Shown here: piece after piece, positions 63,297-64,000 of the stretch | Layout of the letters: each line of letters begins with the position of its first letter | Position numbering within the stretch: position 1 is the stretch's first letter | Program-made: the position numbers and the translations under genes | NCBI GenBank assembly: GCA_964106915.2 | Contig: OZ066918.1 | Origin: Podarcis gaigeae | Lineage: Eukaryota | DNA: 64,000 bases | Strand: one strand, 5' to 3' | Notes under the pieces: model-generated | Seen by the model: only the letters and a program-made list of their open reading frames with translations | Database searches by the model: none | Told to the model about the DNA's origin: nothing

Positions 63297-63707
63297 TGTC
63301 AGGGAACTGCCATCAGAGCAAGAAACGGAGGCAGGGCTCCCGAGTGATGCCGGAGAGGGGACGAGCAGGGGGGAAGGATTTCAACGTAACACCCATAGAG
63401 CAGAGAGGGAGATGGAGGAATTGGTGACAGGGCTCCAAGACCCTTCCCCCGAATCTAGTGGAGAGAGCGCTGGGACGCCCCTGCCTTCCCCTTACTTGTG
63501 CAGACGCGTTCCGCGCAGAGAACATAGGCGGAGACTCGGGGTCAAACAGCTTCTATGCTGGAAGAGATTCAAGAGACGCCCACTCTTGGATTCTGCAAGT
63601 GACTGACAGGTCACGGAGGGCGAGCTCCGACCCTAAGCATGGTTGGGCAAGCAAAATAACTGAACTGAAGTAAGGTTACGCACAAGTAACCCCTCACATC
63701 CATTACA
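63297..63707 (+). mobile_element. Solo LTR, 411 bp, related to 13799-14241
   Basis: TGTCAGGGAACTGCCATCAG...TTACA; 5-bp TSD CTATC at 63292-63296 and 63708-63712. Confidence 0.88.
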
Positions 63708-63785
63708 CTATCAAAGTGAATGAGTACCCTCAAGAGAACTTGTATTCAGGTATGTCTTGTCTCTGTACACTGCTTCTTTCTGCAG

Positions 63786-63983
63786 TTGCTAAAAGGAGTG
63801 ACCATTGCAAGTGGAGGTGTCCTGCCCAGGATTCATCCAGAGCTTCTTGCCAAAAAACGAGGCACCAAAAGCAAATCTGATACTATCCTTTCACCTTCTC
63901 CAGAGAAGAGAGGGAGGAAATATTTGGGGACCAAGAAGACTGGAAAGAAAACAAAGGCTGCAAAAGCCCGGGCACCCAAAAAG
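63786..63983 (+). CDS. MACROH2A2: macroH2A.2 exon LLKGVTIASGGVLPRIHPELLAKKRGTK...KARAPKK (histone-fold end plus basic linker)
   Basis: cag|TTG...AAG|gtaagc, 198 bp. The gene continues beyond the window. Confidence 0.97.
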
Positions 63984-64000
63984 GTAAGCAAAACTTGGAC

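Overview
Vertebrate genomic DNA, most likely from a squamate (probably lacertid) lizard, judged from Sauria SINEs, tRNA-head/CR1-tail SINEs and Tc1/hAT MITEs. Most ORFs in the supplied track are spurious. Two + strand spliced genes are present. (1) The 3' part of the transmembrane collagen COL13A1: about 24 small phase-0 exons, mostly Gly-X-Y, from 1357 to 42228, including the NC3 [22 protein letters not shown] and NC4 ...DAPCPLGEDGLPVQGCWNK segments, with the stop codon as the first three bases of the last exon at 43890. (2) The CpG-island promoter and first three coding exons of the histone variant MACROH2A2 (H2AFY2), the known syntenic neighbour. Highlights: three solo LTRs with 5-bp target-site duplications (TSDs) whose 5' part encodes an acidic-then-Arg-rich polypeptide, conserved at codon level between two of them; Penelope-like repeats with intact minimal hammerhead ribozyme cores; a duplicated, probably mutually exclusive penultimate exon pair and a candidate alternative terminal exon in COL13A1; and a possible ~8.5 kb COL13A1 3' UTR. 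Comparisons with human proteins are from memory and need checking by alignment.
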